NCBI GenBank assembly: GCA_963765675.1
Contig: CAVXXK010000001.1
Span: 2,368,001 to 2,432,000, forward strand
DNA: 64,000 nucleotides
Source of the DNA: an uncultured delta proteobacterium
GTDB taxonomy: Bacteria > Desulfobacterota > Binatia > Binatales > Binataceae
Direction: 5' to 3'
Shown: positions 1 to 9,635 of the stretch, piece by piece
How the letters are laid out: each line of letters opens with the position of its first letter
How positions within the stretch are numbered: the stretch's first letter is position 1
Notes under the pieces: generated by a model
The model's input: the letters and a program-made list of their open reading frames with translations, nothing else
Database searches by the model: none
Told to the model about the DNA's origin: nothing
Translations under genes and position numbers: made by a program

Positions 1-704
1 TGCTTTTCAATGCGTTCGCCAATTACATGGCATGGCGCCGTCCTCGAACGGTGCAGCACATCGCCAAGGCGCTGGTGACGCCGCTGATGCGGTTCATTCT
101 CGATCGCGCGCCGCCGCGGGCCGAGTTCACTCGCGCCGACATCTCACCGTTCTTCTGGACCAACGGAAAGATGCCGACCAGCGACGAATGGAAAGCGATG
201 GCGAGCGACTCCTTCGATCAATATCGGCTCAAAGTTTATGGGCTGGTGGAGAACCCGGTCGAGCTTTCACTCGAAAACCTCGCTGCGATGAACAAGCACT
301 CGCAAATCACTCTTCACCACTGCATCCAGGGATGGTCGGGTATCGCGCAATGGGGCGGCTTGCCGCTGAGCGAATTGATAAAGCTGGTGCGGCCCACACC
401 GGCCGCGCGCGCGGTCATCTTTTATTCGTTCGGCGAAGGCGGCGAAGGCGGCGAATTTTATGATAGCTTGCCGCTTCGCGATGCGATGCATCCGCAGACC
501 TTGCTGGCGTACGAAATGAACTACAAGGTTCTTGGCCGGGCGCATGGCGCACCAGTTCGGTTACGGATCGAGAGCCAACTTGGATTCAAGATGGTCAAGT
601 GGATAAGAGCGATCGAGTTCGTGAGCGATATCGGACAGATTCATAAGGGCGAGGGCGGCTACAACGAAGACAATGAGTACTTCGGCGAACTCGCCGACAT
701 CTGA
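1..704 (+). CDS. Molybdopterin-dependent oxidoreductase, sulfite oxidase/MsrP-like (5'-truncated by window edge)
   Basis: HHCIQGWS Mo-ligand Cys motif, LAYEMN and HGAPVRLR...GFKMVKWI; frame stays open upstream of ATG 27 to the window edge. Confidence 0.85.
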   Translation, partial: LFNAFANYMAWRRPRTVQHIAKALVTPLMRFILDRAPPRAEFTRADISPFFWTNGKMPTSDEWKAMASDSFDQYRLKVYGLVENPVELSLENLAAMNKHSQITLHHCIQGWSGIAQWGGLPLSELIKLVRPTPAARAVIFYSFGEGGEGGEFYDSLPLRDAMHPQTLLAYEMNYKVLGRAHGAPVRLRIESQLGFKMVKWIRAIEFVSDIGQIHKGEGGYNEDNEYFGELADI

Positions 705-860
705 CGCCCCCCGACCTCTCGATGCGCTGGGCGGCGCTCGCGATGCGTGAAGCCAGCGTCACCCGCCATCATAAATCCGCAATCACGATTTATCACAAAT
801 GACTTAACTATGCTCGGCGAGTAGGCTCTGCGGCAATCTGACTGGAAAGGAGAGCCTGCT

Positions 861-1619
861 ATGGACATGAGCCTTCCGCGGCGTCTTTGCGCCGAGTTTA
901 TCGGCACCTTCTGGCTGGTTCTGGGCGGATGCGGAGCCGCAGTGCTCGCGGCGGGATTTCCGAGGACCGGGATCGGCTTCGTCGGCGTGGCGCTCGCCTT
1001 CGGTCTAACGCTGCTGACGATGGCTTATGCGATCGGGCATATCTCCGGATGCCATATCAATCCGGCGGTGACCTGCGGACTGTGGGCTGGCGGACGGTTT
1101 CGCGGCGCCGACGTCGTGCCCTACATCATCGTGCAGGTGCTGGGCGGTATATTGGCGGCTACCGTCCTCTACGTGATCGCCAGCGGCGCGCCAGGCTTCA
1201 CTCTGCTCAACGGCTTCGCGGCCAACGGCTACGGCGCCCATTCTCCAGGTGGCTATAGCCTCGAAGCGGCAGCGGTGTGCGAGTTTGTGATGACGATGAT
1301 CTTCCTGTTCGTGATCATGGGTGCGACGGACATCCGGGTGACCGCGGGATTTGCGCCGATTCCGATCGGCCTGGTGCTGACCCTGATTCACTTGATCAGT
1401 ATTCCAGTGACGAACACCTGCGTGAATCCTGCCCGCGCGACCGGACCGGCTGTGTTCGTCGGTGGATGGGCGATACATCAACTTTGGCTATTCTGGCTCA
1501 TCCCGATTATCGGCGGGATGGTCGGCGGTCTGATTTATCGGGGACTCGCTTCGGAGCCATTGGCGGACGCGGTGACTCGGCTGGACTCGGGGCTCGCGTA
1601 TGAGCCCCCAGTTGATTGA
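861..1619 (+). CDS. aqpZ: Aquaporin Z
   Basis: [15 protein letters not shown], two NPA boxes (HINPAVT, VNPARA), [12 protein letters not shown] loop, F/H/T/R selectivity residues. Confidence 0.95.
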   Translation: MDMSLPRRLCAEFIGTFWLVLGGCGAAVLAAGFPRTGIGFVGVALAFGLTLLTMAYAIGHISGCHINPAVTCGLWAGGRFRGADVVPYIIVQVLGGILAATVLYVIASGAPGFTLLNGFAANGYGAHSPGGYSLEAAAVCEFVMTMIFLFVIMGATDIRVTAGFAPIPIGLVLTLIHLISIPVTNTCVNPARATGPAVFVGGWAIHQLWLFWLIPIIGGMVGGLIYRGLASEPLADAVTRLDSGLAYEPPVD

Positions 1620-1730
1620 CAGGCTCGCGCCGGCCGATGCGGACAAATCTTCGATCACGTCGAACACCACAACGACAAGGCGCGCGCCTCATTCGAGGCG
1701 CGCGCCGGGACGCAATCGCGGGGCGCGGAC

Positions 1731-2204
1731 TTATTGCAGCGTTACGTCGAACGTCCCTTCAGCTTGGCAGTGAATCGAATGAATTATGGAATGGTAGGAG
1801 CCCTTATATTCGTCGAGCGCGAGCACCTCTCCGGTCAACTTAACTTTGCATGCGTGGCTCTGGTTGGTGGCGACCATCGTCAACGTGACCTTGTTCCCCG
1901 CCGCCTTGCCGTGAACCGAACCTGACGGGTTGTCCTGGTCGGACCAATTGGCGTCGAAGGTACCGCCGACAGTGTTCTTGGTTTGGGTCAGGTCCAGAGT
2001 CAGCGTTCCGGTCCCGTTCTTGACATCGATGATCGGTCCAGTCCAGGTTCCTTTCATCTGCGCTGGCGGCGTATTGGCGTCGGAGGAGGTGCCGCCACTA
2101 TCTTGCGCGAACACGCCGGTCGGCACGGAGAACACTAAAGCTGCTGCCAGAACGACTGAGACTACGCCTGACGCAAATAATCGCCAGATACGCTTCTTAT
2201 CCAT
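1731..2204 (-). CDS. Secreted hypothetical protein, probably beta-rich
   Basis: Signal peptide ending VFA-Q, GTWTG motif, two Cys, SD-like GAGGGGG and a good upstream promoter. Confidence 0.75.
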   Translation of the reverse strand: MDKKRIWRLFASGVVSVVLAAALVFSVPTGVFAQDSGGTSSDANTPPAQMKGTWTGPIIDVKNGTGTLTLDLTQTKNTVGGTFDANWSDQDNPSGSVHGKAAGNKVTLTMVATNQSHACKVKLTGEVLALDEYKGSYHSIIHSIHCQAEGTFDVTLQ

Positions 2205-2247
2205 ATTTTGCCCCCTCAGGTGCTGAATAGTCTAATAAAGCTGGCTG

Positions 2248-2276
2248 AGCATATTGGGGCTCTTGAAACGTGTCAA
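2248..2276 (-). promoter_or_regulatory. Sigma70-type promoter for 1731..2204
   Basis: TTGACA-N17-TATGCT on the minus strand. Confidence 0.6.
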
Positions 2277-2644
2277 TTGCATCAACCACTGAGACTTGCG
2301 GACCCCCCGAGGTCACCCACTGCTATCCAAATGACTCAAGCGCGTCCCTGATCGATCTCGACCCGCAACAATCTCGAAGCCGGCGTTGATCGGGATTCGC
2401 GTTCGGCAGCGCCGATCTCAAATCGGGACACCGGACCGAAGGGACCGCATTGCGGAGGCCGATGCGCAGTGTCACAGTGTGGTGCTCTCTATCGCTGCCG
2501 GTGATATTGAGTCGCATCACCATCACCGCGAAATGTTATCTGGGGAACACTGGATCGTATCGCCAGTAGGGTCCATACTGAAGCGTCTGCAGCTTGCCCC
2601 TTAGGCAGAGTCCGTGGGCTCTCCGCGAGCAAAGAAGGTCCTTG

Positions 2645-3463
2645 ATGCCAATTTCCCGTACGATGCGCGAGAAGATGTATCGCACATATCTCGAGTTCTT
2701 CGAGTCAGCCGAACGCAAACGGCGATGGAGCCTGTTTGACGATATCCCGTGGGACAAGCTCGACGCGGCGCACAACAGCGAGCGCAGCGCCGAGTGTATC
2801 GAGACCTACTGCGCCGAGGAATTCTACCTGCCCGATTACAGTGCGCGCGGAATGGATCTGGTGCGCTCGATGTTCGGAGCGGCGTGGTTCTCGGCATGCT
2901 GGAGTTACGAGGAATCGAAACACGGAGTCGCCTTTCGCGAGTACCTGACGCGCTCGGGATTGCGCACCGAGGAGGAATTCGCGGATTTCGAGGATCGGAT
3001 TTTTGCGCGCGCGTGGAAACTGCCGTTCGCAACTCATCGCCAGATGGCCTGTTACGGGGCATTGCAGGAGGCCGCTACCTGTATCGCCTATCGCGCACAA
3101 CGCGAGGCCGCCAGCCGCGACCACAATCCCGTCCTCGAGGCGATCTTCTCCTTCATCAGCCGCGACGAGGCCGCGCACGCGCGGTTCTATCGCACGATGA
3201 TCGAGCTCGAGATGGAAGAAGATCGGGCCGGCACGCTCGCCGATTTCGCGTACGTCCTGGCGAACTTCAAGATGCCGGGCGACGGGCTTATCCCCAACTA
3301 TCAGGAACGGCTCAAGACCTCCGGTGCCGGTATCAGCCCACGCTCGTTTCTCGAAAACGGTGTGCTCCCGATGATCAAAGCGATCGGGACGACGCGCTCC
3401 GAACTCAAGCAGGCGCTGAGTCGCATGGCGCCGATCCTGGTCGCGGTTCCCGCGACCGCCTGA
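2645..3463 (+). CDS. Ferritin-like di-iron protein, acyl-ACP desaturase family
   Basis: RRW...DIPWD, two (E/D)ExxH motifs (EESKH, DEAAH), LQE, FKMPG; start approximate. Confidence 0.8.
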   Translation: MPISRTMREKMYRTYLEFFESAERKRRWSLFDDIPWDKLDAAHNSERSAECIETYCAEEFYLPDYSARGMDLVRSMFGAAWFSACWSYEESKHGVAFREYLTRSGLRTEEEFADFEDRIFARAWKLPFATHRQMACYGALQEAATCIAYRAQREAASRDHNPVLEAIFSFISRDEAAHARFYRTMIELEMEEDRAGTLADFAYVLANFKMPGDGLIPNYQERLKTSGAGISPRSFLENGVLPMIKAIGTTRSELKQALSRMAPILVAVPATA

Positions 3464-3534
3464 GCGTCCACTTCTGTCGTCATCTGACCGCTTCCGATAG
3501 CTGCTCCGGCACGCGGCGCGCTACTCTCTTGCCG

Positions 3535-4644
3535 ATGCCGAAAAATAATCCGCGCAAGATGATCCGTCCGCGCGCTCGCGACCTCGGGATCCCGTTCCAG
3601 GGCACAGCCGGGCCGACCAACTCCATCACCGACGTCGCCGGAGTTGAGGTCGGCCACTCGACTATCATCCGCGGAAGCGGAAAGCTCGCCGTCGGACGCG
3701 GTCCGGTGCGCACCGGCGTCACCGCGATTCTGCCGCGCGGACGCCGCGGCGGCGCTCCGGTCTTTGCGGGATACTTTGCGCTCAACGGTAACGGCGAGAT
3801 GACCGGAACCGCGTGGATCGAGGAATCGGGATTCCTGTCGTCGCCGGTGATGATCACCAATACGCACAGCGTCGGCGTCGTCCGCGACGCGGTGATCGCG
3901 TGGCAGCTCCGCGCGGGACAGATGACGCAGCCGTGGTCGCTGCCTGTGGTTGCCGAGACCTGGGACGGCTACCTGAACGACATCAACGGCTTCCACGTGA
4001 AGCCCTCGCATGCGTTCGCGGCGCTCGAGAGCGCGCGGGCCGGGCGCGTCGCCGAAGGATGCGTGGGAGGAGGCACCGGGATGATTGGCTACGGCTGGAA
4101 GGGCGGAATCGGCACGGCGTCGCGCAGGCTCGCGCGCGCGGCGGGTGGCTACACGCTCGGCGTGCTGGTCCAGCTCAACTGCGGCCGGCGTGACGAGCTG
4201 ACGATCGCCGGCGTGCCGATCGCGCGGGCGCTCGCGCCGGCTCCGGCGGTTTCCGCACAGCGCGAGCTTGGATCGATCATCATAGTCGCCGCGACTGACG
4301 CTCCGCTCTTGCCGCATCAGCTAAAGCGAGTCGCGCGGCGACTCACGATGGGGCTGGCACGCACTGGCAGTGTCTCGGGCAACGGCTCGGGCGACCTGTT
4401 CCTTGCGTTCTCGACCGCGAGCCCGCCCGAGGTTCCGCGCGGCAAGGAGCGCGACGTGATCAAAGTTTCGATGCTGCGAAACTCGCGAATGGATCCGCTG
4501 TTCACCGCCGCGGTGCAGGCGTCGGAAGAGGCGATCGTCAATGCGATGGTCGCGGCCGATACTATGACCGGGATCGATGGGCGCGTTATCGCCGCGCTGC
4601 CGCACGACAAGCTGCGCGAGCTGTTCGCGAAGCGCGCGCGCTGA
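3535..4644 (+). CDS. dmpA: P1/DmpA family L-aminopeptidase/D-esterase
   Basis: RARDLGI, NSITDVAGVEVGH, NGNGEMTG, PVVAETWDG, GNGSGD; real start is well inside the 2749 ORF. Confidence 0.9.
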   Translation: MPKNNPRKMIRPRARDLGIPFQGTAGPTNSITDVAGVEVGHSTIIRGSGKLAVGRGPVRTGVTAILPRGRRGGAPVFAGYFALNGNGEMTGTAWIEESGFLSSPVMITNTHSVGVVRDAVIAWQLRAGQMTQPWSLPVVAETWDGYLNDINGFHVKPSHAFAALESARAGRVAEGCVGGGTGMIGYGWKGGIGTASRRLARAAGGYTLGVLVQLNCGRRDELTIAGVPIARALAPAPAVSAQRELGSIIIVAATDAPLLPHQLKRVARRLTMGLARTGSVSGNGSGDLFLAFSTASPPEVPRGKERDVIKVSMLRNSRMDPLFTAAVQASEEAIVNAMVAADTMTGIDGRVIAALPHDKLRELFAKRAR

Positions 4645-5043
4645 TTAGTCCTGCACGCGGACCGTGATGCTCCAGGTCGCGGCCGGCGCGGTATTCTTTT
4701 CCCACGGACGAACGTAGGCCAGTTCGAGTTTCGCCGTGCCCGGCGCCTGCGCGTCGAAATGAAACACCTGCGTTCCCATCGCTCCCGGAGGCGCATTCTT
4801 CGGGATCTCGAAGTTGCCCAGCCCTCGAGGTTTGAGCACCGCAGGATCGCTCGCGGTGATCGTCCAGAGGTATCCGGTTCCCGAGGTCGCGTTCAGCGAG
4901 ACTTGCAGGTCGGCGCCCGGCGCGAGCGCGACGGTCTTGCCGTTATCGCTATTGGTAACGACGAGCGGATGCGACGACGGCGCTGGGACGAACATGGAGC
5001 ATCCCGCGGCGAGGACGCATAGCATCGCGGCGGCAGCGATCAT
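4645..5043 (-). CDS. Protease inhibitor I42 (chagasin) family lipoprotein
   Basis: Lipobox LAAGC; NATSGTGYLW, PGAMG and YVRPWE loops. Confidence 0.85.
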   Translation of the reverse strand: MIAAAAMLCVLAAGCSMFVPAPSSHPLVVTNSDNGKTVALAPGADLQVSLNATSGTGYLWTITASDPAVLKPRGLGNFEIPKNAPPGAMGTQVFHFDAQAPGTAKLELAYVRPWEKNTAPAATWSITVRVQD

Positions 5044-5078
5044 CGACGCGCGAATGCCGTCGCGGCGCGGGAGCGTCC

Positions 5079-5107
5079 AAAAAAAAGGCGGCCAGTCGGG
5101 GCCGCCT
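5079..5107 (-). terminator. Rho-independent terminator after the small Zn-ribbon gene
   Basis: AGGCGGCC stem followed by a T8 tract on the minus strand. Confidence 0.75.
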
Positions 5108-5145
5108 GAGAAATTCAGCGTTGATTTCGTGGCAGTGCGTTCCGT

Positions 5146-5328
5146 CTAGTGCTTGGTCTCGATGCGGCGGCCGTAGGTTACTTCGCCCTTGTCGACCCGC
5201 AAGCTGAAACCGCAATCCGGATTGGTGCAGACCCACGCCTTGAACATCACGGACGCGCCTTCCTGTCCATAATCCGACAGGGGGATCAGCGTTCCATCGT
5301 TACACTTCTGGCACTTCGGCCACTCCAT
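5146..5328 (-). CDS. Small (60 aa) Zn-ribbon protein
   Basis: CQKC...CTNPDC, GGAGG SD upstream of ATG 5328, own terminator. Confidence 0.8.
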   Translation of the reverse strand: MEWPKCQKCNDGTLIPLSDYGQEGASVMFKAWVCTNPDCGFSLRVDKGEVTYGRRIETKH

Positions 5329-5421
5329 CAGCCACCCTCCTAGGAGCCTACCCATACCCGCTACGTTCCGATTGCGAAGTTATCCGACCCCACATTCTAA
5401 AGCAACGTGGGTCTGATTCCT

Positions 5422-5473
5422 CTCTCCCCCCGGGAGAGGGTGCCGCGAAGCGGCGGGTGAGGGTGCAGCTCTG
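5422..5473 (+). repeat. Palindromic repeat family A (short), copy 1
   Basis: CTCTCCCCCCGGGAGAGGGTGCCGCGAAGCGGCGGGTGAGGGTGCAGCTCTG; one mismatch to 6618..6669. Confidence 0.9.
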
Positions 5474-5538
5474 CTGCCTTTCATGCAGAGCGATCTGCGC
5501 GCGCGGGTGTCGAACCTTGGCGGCGATGTTAGACTTGG

Positions 5539-6591
5539 TTGATGGCGTCCGCTTCGACCGCTGCTCCGGCTTTCCTCGTGCGCGAGGCTACCCGCCGGGA
5601 CCATCACCAACTCCTTGCGCTGGCGCGGCGGCTCGACTCGATCAACCTGCCGACCGAGTCCGCGGAGTTGCGCGACTTGCTCGACCGCTCGACGCGATCG
5701 TTTCGCGGCCAGATTCGCGATCGGTCGCGCGCGGTGTACGTGTTCTGCGCGCAGCGGATCGGATCGGGGAAAATCGCCGGCGCCTCGATGATTATCGCAA
5801 AGCACGGCACGCCGGAGTCGCCGCACTTCTACCTGGAAGTTGATCACGAGGAGCGCTATTCGAAGCGGCTGGGCCGGATGTTCCGGCATCAGTATTTGCG
5901 CCTGCGGCATTCGATGGACGGACCGACCGAGCTGGGCGGGCTGATCGTTGCGCCTGCGATGCGACGGAGTCCCGAGCGCGTCGGCCGCCAGCTTTCGTGG
6001 GTGCGGTTTCTCTACCTGGCGAAGCATCGAAGCAGGTTCCAGCGCCGCGTCGTGGCCGAGATGTTGCCGCCGCAGGCGCCGCGGCATCGCAACGCCTTCT
6101 GGGATCACTTCGGGCGGCCGCTGACGGGGCTTTCGTTTCGCGACGCCGACCGGCTTTCGATCCACGACAAGGAATTCATCCACGCGCTGTTTCCGGACTC
6201 TCCGCTTTATATTTTTCTGCTGCCCGAGGCCGTGCGCGCGGCGATCGGCACGGTGGGCGAGGACACGCGCGGCGCGGTCCGGCTGCTCGAGCAGGCGGGG
6301 ATGCGATTTCTCGAGCAGATCGATCCGTTCGACGCGGGACCGTACTACGGCGGCGAGCTCGCGGAGCTGGTGCCGGTCAGGCAATACCGGAGGGTGCGCG
6401 CGGCGGCGGGCGAGGTCGATCCGCTTGCGCATCCGCGATGGTTGCTGGCGCTCGAGGACGAGCGGCGCGGCTTTCGCGCAGTCGCGGCGCACGGAATCGA
6501 GCAGGGCAATCGAATCGTCGTCGCGCCCGGAGTGCTCTCCGCGCTCGGCGCGAAACCGGGCGAAAAACTCGACCTCGTGCCGATCAGCTGA
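5539..6591 (+). CDS. astA: Arginine N-succinyltransferase family protein
   Basis: SINLP, GPTELGGL, GRQLSWVRFL, VAEM, FWD, DPFDAGP. Confidence 0.85.
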   Translation: MMASASTAAPAFLVREATRRDHHQLLALARRLDSINLPTESAELRDLLDRSTRSFRGQIRDRSRAVYVFCAQRIGSGKIAGASMIIAKHGTPESPHFYLEVDHEERYSKRLGRMFRHQYLRLRHSMDGPTELGGLIVAPAMRRSPERVGRQLSWVRFLYLAKHRSRFQRRVVAEMLPPQAPRHRNAFWDHFGRPLTGLSFRDADRLSIHDKEFIHALFPDSPLYIFLLPEAVRAAIGTVGEDTRGAVRLLEQAGMRFLEQIDPFDAGPYYGGELAELVPVRQYRRVRAAAGEVDPLAHPRWLLALEDERRGFRAVAAHGIEQGNRIVVAPGVLSALGAKPGEKLDLVPIS

Positions 6592-6617
6592 GCGTCGCGC
6601 ATCGCGCTTCTTATTCC

Positions 6618-6669
6618 CTCTCCCCCCGGGAGAGGGTGCCGCGAAGCGGCGGGTGAGGGTGCTGCTCTG
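6618..6669 (+). repeat. Palindromic repeat family A (short), copy 2
   Basis: Direct repeat of 5422..5473; its 3' part is the reverse complement of 6712..6732. Confidence 0.9.
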
Positions 6670-6711
6670 AGTTCTTCTACGCGAAGCGATCCATTGTGCA
6701 TGAGCAGGTAG

Positions 6712-6798
6712 CAGAGCAGCACCCTCACCCGCGCGTCACGATGCTTGCGAAAAAAGCGCAAGCCTCGCGCCGCGCCGCCCTCTCCCGGAGGGAGAGGG
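6712..6798 (+). repeat. Family A long variant with inner TGCGAAAAA hairpin
   Basis: CCCTCACCC..GCGTCACG...TGCGAAAAAA...CCCTCTCCCGGAGGGAGAGGG; homologous to 17017..17120 and to the reverse complement of 60669..60747. Confidence 0.85.
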
Positions 6799-6911
6799 AA
6801 AAAAAGATAAGAAGCGACGCGCATCCCTACGCGCCGCCTGCCTCTTCAGGCGGAGAGGGTATAAGACCGGAGCGTCGCGCATCGCGGCGCAGCAGCGTAG
6901 AGTAGAGGGCC

Positions 6912-7669
6912 ATGATCGAGCGCGACAGAAATCTTCCGCGGCTTGCGCGCTATACGCATGTGGCGCGATCGTCGCCGCGTTCGTCGTTGCGATTTGCGCG
7001 TCGATCGCGCATGCGCAGTCGAGCTCGGTTCCAGACATCCGCAGCCAGGGCGGCGGACAGACACTCGAGCTGCAGCCCTCGCAGCCGAGTCCGCAGAGCT
7101 CGATGCCGCAGCAGGGGAATGACGACAACACGCGGGTCATCCCGGTAATTCCGCCCAACGCGCAGGTGCTGACGCTGCCCGAGGCGAGCCTCGATTTTAT
7201 CGGCAACTGGGGCGGGCACCTGAGGCTCAAGCGCCACTACGGCCAAGGGCATCCGCCCGACCTGATGGGCACGAGCATGATCTTCGGCGAGCGCAACGGC
7301 GGCGTGGTTCTGGCGACGACGGTAATCGGAAGTCCGGATATGCAGGTGCTGAAGACCAAGGCGGAGACCGACGGTCCCAGAGCGGTGTCGCTCAAGGTCG
7401 AGGGGGTGGACATTTCGAGCCGGCCGCCGCTTCGAAACATCGGGAAGGTCTATCTCGAGCTGATCAGCAAGAACGAGGTCAAATGCACGCAGACTGAGGA
7501 TATCTACGTATCGGGATTTCCCGATCCAATTATGGAGACCGAATTCTCGGGCACGCTGCATCCGCTGACGCGCCGCGAGGAACGATTGCTCGGTGAAGAG
7601 GCCGCGCAGAGCGGAGTCCCGCGCGCACAAATCAGGGAAGGCAATCCTCCTCCGCAGCCGTCGGAGTAA
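6912..7669 (+). CDS. Secreted hypothetical protein (paralog of 55134..55778), apparent frameshift near the 5' end
   Basis: The 7103 frame extends upstream through signal peptide AIVAAFVVAICASIAHA-Q, while ATG 6912 with its SD is in another frame; motifs LPEA..F.G.WGGH and GTLHP. Confidence 0.7.
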
Positions 7670-7725
7670 GGCGCGGTACGCGAGAACAGATTTAGATTGC
7701 CGTCGATAACGCCGAGATCCTGCCT

Positions 7726-7789
7726 GTCATCGTGCCATGAAAGTCAAGGCGTCATGAGTATTGCGTTCAAAGAGCAAAGCCACAGTGGC
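7726..7789 (+). repeat. Left arm of long palindrome family C
   Basis: GTCATCGTGCCATGAAAGTC...GAGTATTG...CAAAGAGCAAAGCCAC matches 15056..15119. Confidence 0.85.
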
Positions 7790-7962
7790 GCGGGCGTCTC
7801 GCCCGTGGACGACGGCGGGCAAACGGCCCGCCCTCCAATGAATGCGCCGCAGGCGCGCAGGTGGGAAACCATTGAGCTTCACCCCGGTGCCGATAGGCGC
7901 AATTCATTGGTGGGGTGCGCCTGCGGCGCGCCCGTCTCCCACGGGCGAGACGCCCGCGCCAC
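7785..7962. repeat. REPIN-like element: inverted pair of GTGG-tagged REPs
   Basis: GTGGCGCGGGCGTCTCGCCCGTG (7785-7807) and its perfect reverse complement (7940-7962); inner inverted repeat CCAATGAATGCGCC / GGCGCAATTCATTGG. Confidence 0.85.
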
Positions 7963-8087
7963 TATCTCCTGCGCCATGACCTGATAATTCATTGCCATCA
8001 AGTCGATAGGAAGCGGAAAACCCCGCGCTTAACTTTCGTCCCGCGTGGCGGGTCTTTCGGACCCGTGTAGGTCTGAACGGAGGCTGC

Positions 8088-8112
8088 TCCTTCGCCTACG
8101 GCTCAGGATGAC
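8088..8112 (+). repeat. Right end of palindrome family B (partial)
   Basis: TCCTTCGCCTACGGCTCAGGATGAC, one mismatch to 59032..59056. Confidence 0.75.
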
Positions 8113-8170
8113 TCCATCGACGCGTTCAAGGGAAAATCGACAGTTTCTCATAGATCCCGGGGCGCGCCGA

Positions 8171-9635
8171 TTACTTCATGGCGCGGGCGGAGAAGCCGCG
8201 CTCGTTGAAGCATAGGAGCGAGCGCTTGGAGTCGAGCGTGGTTTCCATCACGACTTCGCGGCCCCATAGGCGATGCAGATACGCCATGGTTTTTTCGGCG
8301 TATTCGAGGTGCAGGTCGCGGCCGTCGTGGTAGTGCTTCAAATACAGAGTGCGGGTCTGGCCGAAGTCCGCGTCTTCCACCTTGATCACCGGAATCGAGC
8401 TGGTGCCGACGTTCTTGATCAGCGTCTCCTTGACCTCGCGCCAGCCCTCGTCGTCGGCGACTTTGCCGACCACCAGGTCTTCGCCGCGCGCTTCGTACTG
8501 GAAGATGTCCATCTCGCGCATCAGCTCTTCGGTCAGGTAGCGGCGCAGAAACGAGGTGTCGCGTTCGACCTCGCGGACCTCGAACAGCTTGTCGCGCGCG
8601 GACTTGGTGGGCGCGCCGTCGCGCTTGATCTCCTCGGCGGTCGGGATTGGTCCATCGCCGCTCGATGTCTTCCCAGATTTTGTAGCCGAGATGATACGGG
8701 TTTAGCTGGCCGGGGATCGGGCGCACGACCTGGTTGTGGCGCACGATAAATTCGAGATGCAGTCCATGCTCGAGACGCAGCGACTCGACGATCTTGTGAT
8801 GCCAGAAGCTGGCCCATCCCTCGTTCATGATCTTGGTTTCCATCATCGGGATGAAATACTTGGCTTCTTCATCGACGATCGTGAGCAGATCTTTCTCCCA
8901 TTCGGCGAGATAAGGATTGTGGTCGCGGATAAAGATCAGCAGGTCTTCGTCGGGCTCGAGCGGAACCTTGTGCAGATCGGGCTCGGTGAATTCCTGGCGC
9001 GCGTGGATTTTCGCGAATGGATCGGGCTGCGGATGCGCCGCTTCGAGCGCGAGCTCGACCTGCTCGTTGTGCGTGCGTTTGCGAATCGCCAGGTTGCGGC
9101 GGCAATTCCACGACAGTGCGTGCGCGGCATCGAGGATACGCTCGATCTTCTCGATTCCGATCGAGGGATCCTCCGCGTAGCGCCGCACGCGCATCGCATG
9201 CGCCTTGAAAATCTCGATCGTGAGCTCGGCGCGGGTCGAGCGATAGGTGAAGTTATTTTTGAAAAAATCGTTGTGCCCATAGACGTGCGCGATGGTCAGA
9301 ATCTGCAGCAGCAGCGTGTTGTCGCGCATCAGGTAGGCGATCGCGGGATCGGAATTGATCACCATCTCGTACGGCAATCCGGAGACGCCGTGATCGTAAA
9401 GCGTCTTCAGCTTCTCGTAGGATTTGCCGTACGACCAGTGCGGGTAGTGCGAGGGCATCCCGGAGTAAGCCATGTACCCGAGCATCCCGGTGTGGTCGCA
9501 AATCTCGAATTCCTGCGCGTAGCAATCGAGGCCGAACTCATCGACCTTCTCGCGAATCTTCGCGTCCCATTCGGCCAGATCGGCGAGTGTGTAGTTCGAG
9601 TGCGAAGCTTGTTCATGCGCCGCGTGACTGCTCAT
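8171..9635 (-). CDS. spoVR: SpoVR family protein (YcgB-like), apparent frameshift near 8644
   Basis: YPHWSYGK, YEMVINSDP, AHVYGHNDFFKNN, TKIMNEGWASFWH, NPYHLG; removing one C joins it to the 8171..8521 C-terminus; ATGA overlap with yeaH. Confidence 0.9.

Noticed and set aside
2323-2604. Short ORFs in the 2.3-2.6 kb gap
   Set aside because: No recognisable motif, SD or coding-like composition
2749-3534. Apparent N-terminal fusions in the ORF track (631-aa DmpA, 669-aa SpoVR, 911-aa CocE)
   Set aside because: The extensions overlap other real genes in another frame or strand, and true starts lie downstream
3535-5043. DmpA peptidase and chagasin inhibitor with abutting stop codons as a protease-inhibitor pair
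   Set aside because: I42 inhibitors target papain-like cysteine proteases and this one is an exported lipoprotein, whereas DmpA is a cytoplasmic self-processing Ser-nucleophile enzyme; the genes are convergent
5380-6824. ORFs sharing the peptide PSPAASRHPLPGGE
   Set aside because: They are translations of family A DNA repeats, not a protein family
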